Shown: one piece after another, positions 1 to 7,311 of the stretch
How positions within the stretch are numbered: position 1 is the stretch's first letter
Layout of the letters: every line of letters begins with the position of its first letter
DNA from: Candidatus Saccharimonadia bacterium
Lineage (GTDB): Bacteria; Patescibacteriota; Saccharimonadia; UBA4664
Length of the DNA: 61,490 bases
Assembly: GCA_035544015.1 (NCBI GenBank)
Contig: DATKIP010000113.1
Coordinates: forward strand, 1 to 61,490
Reading direction: 5' to 3'
Position numbers and translations under genes: made by a program
Notes under the pieces: model-generated
The model's database searches: none
Told to the model about the DNA's origin: nothing
The model's input: the letters and a program-made list of their open reading frames with translations, nothing else

Positions 1-141
1 CGACTGAGAACGGCTGGTCGTTCAGTTGACCGTCAAGTCCCTGGAGCATGTCGAGGTCGGACAGGACGTTGGTGTACATTCGCCCCTGGACGATCACCGC
101 GTTGGCGCCGTTCGTGGCGTTGACAACGTCTTCCCAGTAAG
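1..141. repeat. Terminal direct repeat copy 1 (identical to 61350..61490, 141/141)
   Basis: The window starts cgactgagaacggctggtcg... and the same 141 nt end it. The repeat lies inside an open reading frame, so it is most simply the assembly overlap of a circular or circularly permuted genome. Confidence 0.9.
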
Positions 142-1030
142 GCGTGATGTTCGGCCGATACACGCCGTTCCGTTGGATGATGAAGACGCCCTCGGGCTTC
201 ATCATGAACGGCGCCTGACGACTCGTGACGATCTTGGTGACGGGGTAGCCGGGGTCGCCGACGTCGTCGCCAGTGACGGACCCGGGCGTCCAGACCGTGT
301 CGTTGAGTGGCGTCGCGCTGTTGGTGATCTTGTACCCGGCGCCGGTCCCGACCGTCCGGATCATCCACTGGTCCCAGTTGCCCTCGCCGTCCACCCCGAA
401 CCAGGACCCGATCTGCCAGCCCGCACACGTCGCGCCCGACGTGAACGTGTCGGTCGCAACGACGTGACTGACCAACGGCTGCGCTGTCCCGTTGGCGTAC
501 CCGCCCCAGTAGGCGGTGCCCAGGTACAGCGTCGTGCTGGTAATCGTCACGCTGGTAGACATACCGGCGATGGTGGCGAAGTCGGCCACGGCCGACGCGC
601 TGGCTGCGGTGCCCCCACTGACCTTGCAAGCGTACCGCCCCGTCGAGAAGTACAGATGCCCCGAGCGCTCGAAGCCGGCCCGTATCTCGGCGTGCGTGCC
701 GGCCGGCAGGGCAACCTCGGTGAGTGCTCCGGATGGCACCGCGACGTGCGGAATGTAGGTGATGACGTTCTTAGCCCAGGCGAACCCATTCGGCACCCTG
801 GGGTCGTAGTAGCTGTACCCGGCGCCGGCCGAGAAGTCCGCGAACTCGCGCGGGATGCCGCCCGGACGGAACTCCTCGGTGGCGTCCACGGGGGTCAGCG
901 TGCCCTCGAACTCGTGCGGCTGGGCCACGCCGTTCTTCTCGGGGGCAACCGCCACCAGGCCGACCTCGAAGCCGTCCGCCGTCCTCAGCGTGACGTGGTA
1001 GGGCTGATTGCCCGACTGGAGGCCCGGCAT
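1..1030 (-). CDS. 5' part (codons 1-343) of a 679-aa virion tail protein (nozzle/tubular-B-like by size and position only); continues across the circular junction into 60343..61349
   Basis: ATG is cat 1028-1030, abutting the TAA (1031-1033) of the upstream gene. I walked every codon of this minus frame from 1030 to 1 and found no stop. The frame is continuous with track ORF 60343..61446 through the repeat. N-terminus MPGLQSGNQPYHVTLRTADGFEV. Confidence 0.75.
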   Translation of the reverse strand, partial: MPGLQSGNQPYHVTLRTADGFEVGLVAVAPEKNGVAQPHEFEGTLTPVDATEEFRPGGIPREFADFSAGAGYSYYDPRVPNGFAWAKNVITYIPHVAVPSGALTEVALPAGTHAEIRAGFERSGHLYFSTGRYACKVSGGTAASASAVADFATIAGMSTSVTITSTTLYLGTAYWGGYANGTAQPLVSHVVATDTFTSGATCAGWQIGSWFGVDGEGNWDQWMIRTVGTGAGYKITNSATPLNDTVWTPGSVTGDDVGDPGYPVTKIVTSRQAPFMMKPEGVFIIQRNGVYRPNITPYWEDVVNATNGANAVIVQGRMYTNVLSDLDMLQGLDGQLNDQPFSV

Positions 1031-1978
1031 TTATCCGTAGCTCCGAGGCTGGCCGTACGGGCGCCCGGAGTAGACCATCCGGAACTTCGGCTCGGTCTCT
1101 TCGCTAGCCTGCTGCGTGTCCCACCAACGCAAAGCGTATGCGCGCGTTGTCCAAAAACTTTCTCTTTCGCGGTAGTGGTTGACGTACTCGTCCGGCCCCT
1201 GCTGCGAGCCGAGGTACTGGTACGCCTTCATGAGCACCTGAGCGCGCATCACCGCCCGGAGCGGCAGCGCCTCGTCGGTGTCGTTCTGGAGCCCGTCCGT
1301 GTCGGCTGCCCAGGTGCCGCCGGTCCTGATCCATGTCAGCGCCGGGCGGTGAGCCTTGATGTAGAAGGTCTGCCCGCTGGTGAACGGCTTGCCCGGCAGC
1401 AGCAGCCTGGGCGCGTCGGCGTCATAGAGCCAGTCCCAGGAGTAGCCCGTGTCGGTCGGGTAGTCGTCACCAACGTTCTGGAAGTAGATACCCAGGATCT
1501 GGGACTTGTCGACCAGCCACGAGTACAGCGTCGTGAGGTCGTACGCCGACTGCTGCGTCACCCCGCTGACGGGCAACAGATCGAGCGGCGGCATCGAGAG
1601 CAGCACGTCGTTGGCGATCTCGCGGATGCCGAGCGTGCCGAGCTCGCTGGTGATGGCCGGCAGCCTGGTACTGACCTCGAAGCCCATCCCCGACGTGACG
1701 CTGGTAGCAAAGGATCGGGCGACCGTGAACGAGCCGGCGTCCGCATCGAAGCCGCCCGCGTTCAGGATGTCGCGCTGGGCCGCCAGGTTGGCGCCGGTGG
1801 TGGCGTTCAGGTAGCCCCAGGCGTTGTTGAAGAAGTTGCCGCCGGTGGCGTTCGCCGAGATCAGCGACGAGCACGTAAAGCTGACGAGATCAGAAGCGGC
1901 GGTCGTCGTGGTGTTCACGACGAACCGCCCTCCGAGCCCTACCTGGGCATCACGCCTGAAGACCAGCAGCGACGCCAC
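1031..1978 (-). CDS. Virion structural protein, 315 aa (tail adaptor/tubular-A-like by position only)
   Basis: Track ORF. GTG start with GAGGAG about 12 nt upstream. Its stop abuts the start of the next gene. No family recognised by eye. Confidence 0.7.
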   Translation of the reverse strand: MASLLVFRRDAQVGLGGRFVVNTTTTAASDLVSFTCSSLISANATGGNFFNNAWGYLNATTGANLAAQRDILNAGGFDADAGSFTVARSFATSVTSGMGFEVSTRLPAITSELGTLGIREIANDVLLSMPPLDLLPVSGVTQQSAYDLTTLYSWLVDKSQILGIYFQNVGDDYPTDTGYSWDWLYDADAPRLLLPGKPFTSGQTFYIKAHRPALTWIRTGGTWAADTDGLQNDTDEALPLRAVMRAQVLMKAYQYLGSQQGPDEYVNHYRERESFWTTRAYALRWWDTQQASEETEPKFRMVYSGRPYGQPRSYG

Positions 1979-1985
1979 GAATCAG

Positions 1986-2141
1986 TCACTCCTCATCGGC
2001 CGGCGTCTTGTGCGGCGGTCGCTTCGAGCCCTTCGGATCAACCCGTTCGGTGATGGTTTCCTCGACGGCATCCTGACGCCGCTCCAGATCGGCCAGGCGC
2101 CCCAACACGTCGTCATCGCGGAGTCCGGGCTTCTTTGGCAC
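1986..2141 (-). CDS. Small charged protein, 51 aa (below the track cutoff)
   Basis: GTG at 2141 with AGAGGAG 8 nt upstream. A codon-by-codon check gives (M)PKKPGLRDDDVLGRLADLERRQDAVEETITERVDPKGSKRPPHKTPADEE then TGA at 1986-1988. Third positions are G/C-rich. Confidence 0.55.
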   Translation of the reverse strand: MPKKPGLRDDDVLGRLADLERRQDAVEETITERVDPKGSKRPPHKTPADEE

Positions 2142-2191
2142 GCGATGTGCTCCTCTGATGGATTGCAGGTCTCGGCGGCGGCGAGTACATC

Positions 2192-2217
2192 AGGGGCGGT
2201 CAATGGCGACCGCCCCT
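2192..2217 (-). terminator. Perfect 10-bp hairpin just downstream of the 2225..3043 gene
   Basis: aggggcggtc (2192-2201) and gaccgcccct (2208-2217) with a 6-nt loop, 7 nt after the stop codon. No U-tract, so it may be a GC-type terminator or a processing site. Confidence 0.4.
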
Positions 2218-2224
2218 CGTCACG

Positions 2225-3043
2225 TCACTCGGAAGCTGCCTCCAGCGGGATCCGGTCCTGGCTGACCCAGATGTAATCGGCCGTCATCACCTTCGCGGAG
2301 GTCGTCGCGACCGACTGGAGGTACAGCCACGGGTAGAGCGCGATCTGGCCGTTGACGGCTCCGTTCCCCACCTGATGGCTGGCTCGGAGCCGACCGTTGA
2401 CCCAGCAGTACGCCATCGAGCGACCGGTCCGGTCCGGATCGGTCTGGAGCAGCACCCGCACCGTCATGTAGGTGTCGGCGACCGGTGTGGTGAAGCCAGT
2501 GGTCAGCAGCGTCGAGGCGACCGTCTGCGACGTGAACGAGCCGAGCGAAGCGAACGCCAGGCCGGTGTGGGTCTGGTTGTTCCAGATCCCGAACACGGCG
2601 CCATTGGTGCCGACGAAGGACGGCGTGTCGATGTCGGTCACGAATGACGCCCCCGTAGCAGGCGCCGCATCCACCCAGCCAGCCTCAACGATGAACGTCG
2701 TCGGCACGGTGTTGACCTTGAACCGCGCCTCAAACATGCAGTTGGCATCGCCACTGAAACGGGTCTTGCCGACCGCCGAAATGGATGCGGTCGCGGTCGC
2801 GGCGGTCGTACCGGCCATCACTCCGCCGGCGCCGTCGATGACCGTGAAGTTGGTCGACGTCGCGGTCTGGGCCAGCGTGAAGTTGGCCGCCTCGCCCCAG
2901 GACACGAAGTCGTAGAACTCGGTGATCCGGTCTCGCTTCGCCAGGTGGCGCAGAAAGTCACGCAGCGGGCTCTGCATCTGGGAGCGGCTGAGCTGCTGAT
3001 TCGAGAGCTCGTAGCCGCGATCGGGCAACTGGCGGAACGGCAT
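2225..3043 (-). CDS. Virion protein, 272 aa, beta-rich (jelly-roll/lectin-like impression only)
   Basis: Track ORF 2225..3061. I prefer the ATG at 3043 because AAGGAG lies 7 nt upstream and it directly follows the upstream stop (TGAcATG). Confidence 0.7.
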   Translation of the reverse strand: MPFRQLPDRGYELSNQQLSRSQMQSPLRDFLRHLAKRDRITEFYDFVSWGEAANFTLAQTATSTNFTVIDGAGGVMAGTTAATATASISAVGKTRFSGDANCMFEARFKVNTVPTTFIVEAGWVDAAPATGASFVTDIDTPSFVGTNGAVFGIWNNQTHTGLAFASLGSFTSQTVASTLLTTGFTTPVADTYMTVRVLLQTDPDRTGRSMAYCWVNGRLRASHQVGNGAVNGQIALYPWLYLQSVATTSAKVMTADYIWVSQDRIPLEAASE

Positions 3044-3044
3044 G

Positions 3045-3581
3045 TCAGTCTCCTTCGTCACCGCTGCTCGTCGGCAACTGACGTAGCGTCAGCGGCTCAA
3101 ACAGCTCACCCGGCACTTCGAGACGGATCGTCTCGGGGTGCCGCTCCACGAATTGGGCAGACAACAGGAAGTCGCGGTAGCCGGGGACTTCCAGCCCGGA
3201 CAGGAGATCTCTCGACGGGTTCGGGCCCGGACGGACCACCAGTTCGGTGCTCGACGCCAGGTCGAAGCCCCGGCGCCGCATCTCATCAAACCAGCGGGTC
3301 GCCATCTCGCGGGCGAACGCCTCAAACTGGGCCGTCTTCATGCCGTAGGGCACGCGGAACGAGCCGGTGACCCACTGCGGCGCGTAGGCCATGTGCGGGC
3401 CGGCGGCCTGTTCGATGGCCGCCCGATTGGCGCCCGCGACCTCCGGTTCCGGCTGGTCGTCGAGCGTGTCGGCGATCTCGTCCCAGTCGAGCCCCTGCCC
3501 CCACTGCCGACCCAGCTTCTGGGCGGTCGGCTCGGGGTTGTCGAGCGCCGGAAGGACGTCGCCGAGCGCAAGTCCGGTCAT
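3045..3581 (-). CDS. Hypothetical virion-module protein, 178 aa
   Basis: Track ORF with an ATG start, co-oriented in the capsid/tail block. Confidence 0.7.
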   Translation of the reverse strand: MTGLALGDVLPALDNPEPTAQKLGRQWGQGLDWDEIADTLDDQPEPEVAGANRAAIEQAAGPHMAYAPQWVTGSFRVPYGMKTAQFEAFAREMATRWFDEMRRRGFDLASSTELVVRPGPNPSRDLLSGLEVPGYRDFLLSAQFVERHPETIRLEVPGELFEPLTLRQLPTSSGDEGD

Positions 3582-3599
3582 GCTACGATGACTCCATTG

Positions 3600-3671
3600 G
3601 ACGGCGTGCCAGAGTGGCTATGGCTCCGACTGCAAATCGGGTGTATGGCGGTTCGAGTCCGCCCGCCGTCT
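3600..3671 (+). tRNA. tRNA-Cys (anticodon GCA), plus strand, antisense to the surrounding structural operon
   Basis: Acceptor stem GACGGCG/CGCCGTC. Anticodon arm UCCGA-CUGCAAA-UCGGG. T arm GGCGG-TTCGAGT-CCGCC. Discriminator U73, the CysRS identity base. It fills the 94-nt gap between two minus-strand genes. Confidence 0.8.
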
Positions 3672-3675
3672 CCGG

Positions 3676-4254
3676 TCATGCGGGGATCAACTCGTCTTCG
3701 TGCAGCGAGACCGTGCCCATGACAGCACCTGGCATCACCTCGCGGGGGAACTTGCAGCGGTACTTCCACATGCCGCGCTTTCCGCCCTTGATCCGCTTGG
3801 TCAGGAACGTCCGATCGATCACCACGCCGGGCGCGTTCGGCACCTCGGCCGCTTCCATCAACTCGCCCCGCGTCTTGCCGTCCTTGCGCCCGTGCGGGAC
3901 GGCGTCGAGGTTGAGCCGGACACGCGAGTTTGAGCCGAAGCGGGCCGGGTACTCGGTGATGAACGCGGCCGGTATCCTGATGCCGTCCGATGTGATCGGG
4001 ACCGTCTGCGAGCGCGGCTGGGCGTCAGGCGGCGCGAGCTCGGCGATCTGGTACCGCTCGTGATCGGCCGAGTAGGTCTCAGGGGTGGCCGGCACGAAGC
4101 GGGGGCCACTGTTCTCGACGGCCTCCACGCGCGTGGTCAGGCTCTGGACCTGGCCGCTGATCTTTTCCAGTAACCCCAGGATCAGGGCCGACTGGTCGGG
4201 CGTAGACTCGGGGGAAGGAGCGGCCGTAGCCGCCCCGATCTCGTCAGACTGCAT
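3676..4254 (-). CDS. Hypothetical virion-module protein, 192 aa
   Basis: Track ORF 3676..4308. The ATG at 4254 is preferred because GAGGA lies 8 nt upstream and it avoids overlap with the capsid gene. Confidence 0.7.
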   Translation of the reverse strand: MQSDEIGAATAAPSPESTPDQSALILGLLEKISGQVQSLTTRVEAVENSGPRFVPATPETYSADHERYQIAELAPPDAQPRSQTVPITSDGIRIPAAFITEYPARFGSNSRVRLNLDAVPHGRKDGKTRGELMEAAEVPNAPGVVIDRTFLTKRIKGGKRGMWKYRCKFPREVMPGAVMGTVSLHEDELIPA

Positions 4255-4289
4255 GCGCGCTGTCCTCAGTTGCTTCTTGCGTGGCACGA

Positions 4290-5156
4290 TCAGGCGGCCT
4301 GGAACCAAACGCCATGATCGTCGCGCATCGTCTTGACGCCGTAGAGCTGCTCCACGACGACCTTGTCAGCCAGGAAGTTGATGTCCAACCACTTGTGGGT
4401 GGTCGGCTCCATCTGCATCACGATCGTCATCGCCTCGGTGTTGGCCATCACGTTGTCGTGGCCGACCGTGTTGTCGCCCTCGACGTTCGTGGAGACGTAG
4501 ATCGGAATGCGGAACCACGACCCGATGTAGCCCATATCGTCGTCGTCGTCCACGCTGCCCTGGATCTTCGAGAAGTCGTTGGACATGAAGTGGTCGATCT
4601 GGACAAAGCCCTCTTCGGCCGCTGGCGAGAAGATCCCAAACCGCCCCTTGCGCGGGACGTTGGCATCGTTCAACTGGCGCCGCGCCTTGACGAACTGCTC
4701 GTAGGTCGGGAACGCGCCCATCACGCCGACCGTGTTGGTCGAGAGGTCGTCCACCAGCGCCGCGATGTCGTCGTCAGCCTGGAGCGCCAGCGCGTAGCCG
4801 AGCTCCGGCGCGTACAGCTCCATCTGGTCCTTGTAGGATTGCTTCGCGGTGGCGGTCTCGGTGGCCATCGCGGCGTAGCCCCAGGTGCCGATGGTGATGG
4901 CGGTGGTCGACTCGGTGTTGGTCTCGAACAAGACCGCCGTGTTGGCGGACATGTTCTTGGTCCGCGCGGTCAGGTGGGACACACCGGGGACATTGATGGT
5001 CGCCCCATACGGGGCGTCCTGCTCGTACTTGCGGGTGAACAACTTCGCGTAGCACAGCCGCTGCTCACGGGCCCGGATGACGTACTTGGACCACAATGCG
5101 GGGATGTAGACGGCTGCGGTGGTCGCGTCGATGAACTCTGTTGCGCCTGAGGCCAT
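4290..5156 (-). CDS. Major capsid protein, 288 aa
   Basis: It lies immediately downstream of the scaffold-like gene. The N-terminal arm AAVYIPALWSKYVIRAREQRL...YGATINVPG resembles the N-arm of P22-coat-type/HK97-fold capsid proteins. Confidence 0.75.
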   Translation of the reverse strand: MASGATEFIDATTAAVYIPALWSKYVIRAREQRLCYAKLFTRKYEQDAPYGATINVPGVSHLTARTKNMSANTAVLFETNTESTTAITIGTWGYAAMATETATAKQSYKDQMELYAPELGYALALQADDDIAALVDDLSTNTVGVMGAFPTYEQFVKARRQLNDANVPRKGRFGIFSPAAEEGFVQIDHFMSNDFSKIQGSVDDDDDMGYIGSWFRIPIYVSTNVEGDNTVGHDNVMANTEAMTIVMQMEPTTHKWLDINFLADKVVVEQLYGVKTMRDDHGVWFQAA

Positions 5157-5171
5157 GGTACGCCTTCCTTC

Positions 5172-6263
5172 CTACCCGGCACGCCGGCGCGGCGCCTGGA
5201 GCCCGCCGGGGATGCTCTGCAACACGCGGTCGATGGCGCCCGACTTGAACGCCTGCTCGAATGGCATGGCCGCCAGCTCCTCGGGCGTCGGCACGGTGGG
5301 GCGCGCGCCAGGCTGACCCGGACGGTCCACGGTGGCGGCATCGGCTGCGCGACGGTTGGCGGTCAAATTGCCGCGCTCGTTGACCAGCGAGTCGATCCGA
5401 TCGGCCTGCCGCTTGATCTCGGCGTCCTTCGCCTTGACCACTTCGGCATGCTCGGTGGTAAGCCGCTTCGTCACCCGATCGCGGACGGTGTCGCGGAGCG
5501 CTCGCATCTGGTCGTGCGGCTGGGTGTGCTGGGTGACGGCCGCCTGATCGACGTCGGGATCGGCCAGCACCCTGGATGACGTGATCTCGTGGTTCCAGAG
5601 ATCCACGATGCGCTGGACCTTGCGGTCCCCCATCACGTCCTCGAAGCGCCGGGCGGTCTTCCAGGCCGTCATCAGATTGGCGGCCTCGTCCTCGGTCAGG
5701 CCCGCAGATCCCTTGACCTCGGAGACCTTCTTGCCGTTTGGTAACACCACGTCGAGACCGTTGAGTGCCGATGAGTCACCCTGGAGGTGCTGCCAGACGG
5801 CCTGCTCGACCGCGCCGTAGTCGTCGTCCGACCCCACGTAGGCGGCGGTCTGGGCCTTGAACTGCTGCTCGTCCCGGATGCGGCGATCCGCTTCCTGCTG
5901 GACGCGCTGCTCGTCGGCGATCCTGGCGCGGGCACGATCCTCGGCGGCTCGTTCGATCTCGGCGGTGTCGGGCGTGGTAGGAGCCGGAGTGTCAGCCTTC
6001 AGCGCTTCAGCCTTAGGGACATCAGCTTTGGCCGGCGCCGGCTTCTCTTCGGTGGATGGCGGATCCGGGGCTGCGTCCTCGCCCATGAGTGTCTTCGGCG
6101 CCCGGCCTTCCATCTGGGCCAGCAGGTCGTCAATCTCGCTGTCGATCTGCTTCGTGAACGACTTGCTGTCGGTCTGGGTGGGCGTCGGATCAGTGTCGGG
6201 CGTCGCCGGGATAGTGGCGTCAGCCTCGACTACTGGTGCTGGAGTATTGGGCTCGTCTGCCAT
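5172..6263 (-). CDS. Scaffolding protein (by position and composition), about 363 aa
   Basis: Acidic, Ala/Glu/Arg-rich, predicted coiled-coil protein directly upstream of the capsid gene. ATG at 6263 (TTG at 6266 in the track). Confidence 0.6.
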   Translation of the reverse strand: MADEPNTPAPVVEADATIPATPDTDPTPTQTDSKSFTKQIDSEIDDLLAQMEGRAPKTLMGEDAAPDPPSTEEKPAPAKADVPKAEALKADTPAPTTPDTAEIERAAEDRARARIADEQRVQQEADRRIRDEQQFKAQTAAYVGSDDDYGAVEQAVWQHLQGDSSALNGLDVVLPNGKKVSEVKGSAGLTEDEAANLMTAWKTARRFEDVMGDRKVQRIVDLWNHEITSSRVLADPDVDQAAVTQHTQPHDQMRALRDTVRDRVTKRLTTEHAEVVKAKDAEIKRQADRIDSLVNERGNLTANRRAADAATVDRPGQPGARPTVPTPEELAAMPFEQAFKSGAIDRVLQSIPGGLQAPRRRAG

Positions 6264-6267
6264 CAAA

Positions 6268-6307
6268 AAGACCGTCCCCCAGGCGCTGGCCTGGAACAGA
6301 CGGTCTT
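6268..6307 (-). promoter_or_regulatory. 5'-leader hairpin between the promoter and the scaffold start codon
   Basis: aagaccgtc (6268-6276) pairs with gacggtctt (6299-6307), with an inner ccagg/cctgg pair. On the minus strand the stem is followed by UUUUGAUG, so the U-run runs into the start codon. Confidence 0.5.
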
Positions 6308-6342
6308 CAGACGACCTTGTACGCTATGTAGCTACTCTGGGT

Positions 6343-6372
6343 AGTCTATGCGCTAGGACCACTTCCCGTCAA
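6343..6372 (-). promoter_or_regulatory. Sigma70-like promoter for the scaffold/capsid operon
   Basis: Minus strand reads TTGACG (6372-6367), an 18-nt spacer, then TAGACT (6348-6343), inside the 112-bp intergenic gap. Confidence 0.5.
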
Positions 6373-6378
6373 TACTGG

Positions 6379-6693
6379 TCATGTCTGTGGGACCACTTCG
6401 CGAACAATGGCAGTCGGAGTCCCGTAGAGCGCCAGCGCCAGATCGCTCAGCGGATGCCCCGGATACAGCAAGCGATTCGGTATCTCTCGACGTGCATCCC
6501 TGACCGCAGCATCGGCCGCCTCCAGCGCCGCGACGATCTTCGGCATGCTGAGCCAGGGGCAGTCAGGCTTGTGGTCTGTCGCCTCGATGTGAGCAAACCC
6601 CACGATGACAGCGTCGCACATCAGACAGTGCGACCCCTCGACGAGATACGGGCCACACCGCTCAATTCGCCGCGCGCCGTCAAGCAGGCTCAC
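6379..6693 (-). CDS. Hypothetical Cys-containing protein, 104 aa
   Basis: Track ORF with an ATGA overlap to the upstream gene. Confidence 0.6.
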   Translation of the reverse strand: MSLLDGARRIERCGPYLVEGSHCLMCDAVIVGFAHIEATDHKPDCPWLSMPKIVAALEAADAAVRDARREIPNRLLYPGHPLSDLALALYGTPTAIVREVVPQT

Positions 6694-6899
6694 CGTCTCA
6701 CCTCATGCCTCAGGTTCCCCGCGTCATCCGGCAGACGGTGCTCCCGATTGCACGCACAGCGGTGCTCCATGATCGAACGCCCGTCGTACTGCAACCGCAG
6801 GATAATCTTCCCGCAGCCGGGCCGGCACCGCCACGTGAACAGCAACGACGGCAGCGTCAGCACCGCCGTGGACATCGTGGCGACGCACGCAGAAGTCAC
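6690..6899 (-). CDS. Hypothetical Cys-rich protein, 69 aa
   Basis: Track ORF with ATGA overlaps at both ends. Confidence 0.55.
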   Translation of the reverse strand: MTSACVATMSTAVLTLPSLLFTWRCRPGCGKIILRLQYDGRSIMEHRCACNREHRLPDDAGNLRHEVRR

Positions 6900-7138
6900 A
6901 GATCGGTGTCCTTCAGCAACCCTTCATCGTGAAGCCTCTTGATCGCCCGGTGCTGGCCGTAGACCATACCGGCGAACATCCCCGCCATCATGAGCGATCG
7001 GTCATGCTCGTTCAGACCCTCCGGGATCGGGGGGCCGGCGTCCTCGAAGGACATCGGCGGCGGCTCCTGGTCCGGCGGGATGGCCGGACCATCCCTGAGC
7101 ATGCGAATGAGATGCTGCACATCGTCGCTTGCTGGCAT
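6896..7138 (-). CDS. Hypothetical protein, 80 aa
   Basis: Track ORF 6896..7159. The ATG at 7138 shares one base with the upstream TGA (TGATG). Confidence 0.55.
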   Translation of the reverse strand: MPASDDVQHLIRMLRDGPAIPPDQEPPPMSFEDAGPPIPEGLNEHDRSLMMAGMFAGMVYGQHRAIKRLHDEGLLKDTDL

Positions 7139-7311
7139 CACGCCGTCGTCTCCCCGCACCCGCCACCGCGTAGACGGCGAATCTCCGCAACGAGTGTGGC
7201 AACCTCACATGGCATCTGCTCGGCATCCACCTGACAGCGATCCTCCCACCCGGGCTCATCCAGAGGGCGATGCTGAGCCTCCATCTCACTCAGGCGCTCC
7301 TCTGAGATCAC
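7138..7311 (-). CDS. Hypothetical protein, 57 aa
   Basis: In frame with track ORF 7138..7362. The GTG at 7311 overlaps the glycosyltransferase stop (GTGA). The upstream part of the track ORF is Gly/Arg shadow sequence. Confidence 0.45.
   Translation of the reverse strand: MISEERLSEMEAQHRPLDEPGWEDRCQVDAEQMPCEVATLVAEIRRLRGGGCGETTA

Noticed and set aside
1-141. The terminal repeat as a physical T7-like direct terminal repeat
   Set aside because: It lies inside a continuous coding frame, and its length equals a common assembler k-mer. An assembly overlap of a circular sequence is the simpler reading. This remains testable; see the end-overlap finding (61350..61490).
26-2053. A 675-aa plus-strand ORF, and similar long plus-strand ORFs at 8019..9338, 12234..13649, 18141..19721, 35140..35787 and 60262..61356
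   Set aside because: They are Arg/Gly/Ala/Pro-rich, lack recognisable motifs, and lie antisense to well-supported minus-strand genes (tail proteins, GT41 enzyme, SLT protein, repeat protein, RecT). These are the shadow ORFs expected in GC-rich DNA.
3600-3671. The plus-strand tRNA-Cys as an attP site, implying a temperate integrating phage
   Set aside because: No tyrosine or serine recombinase motif was seen in any ORF, and the tRNA is full length rather than a 3' fragment. I keep it as an observation only.
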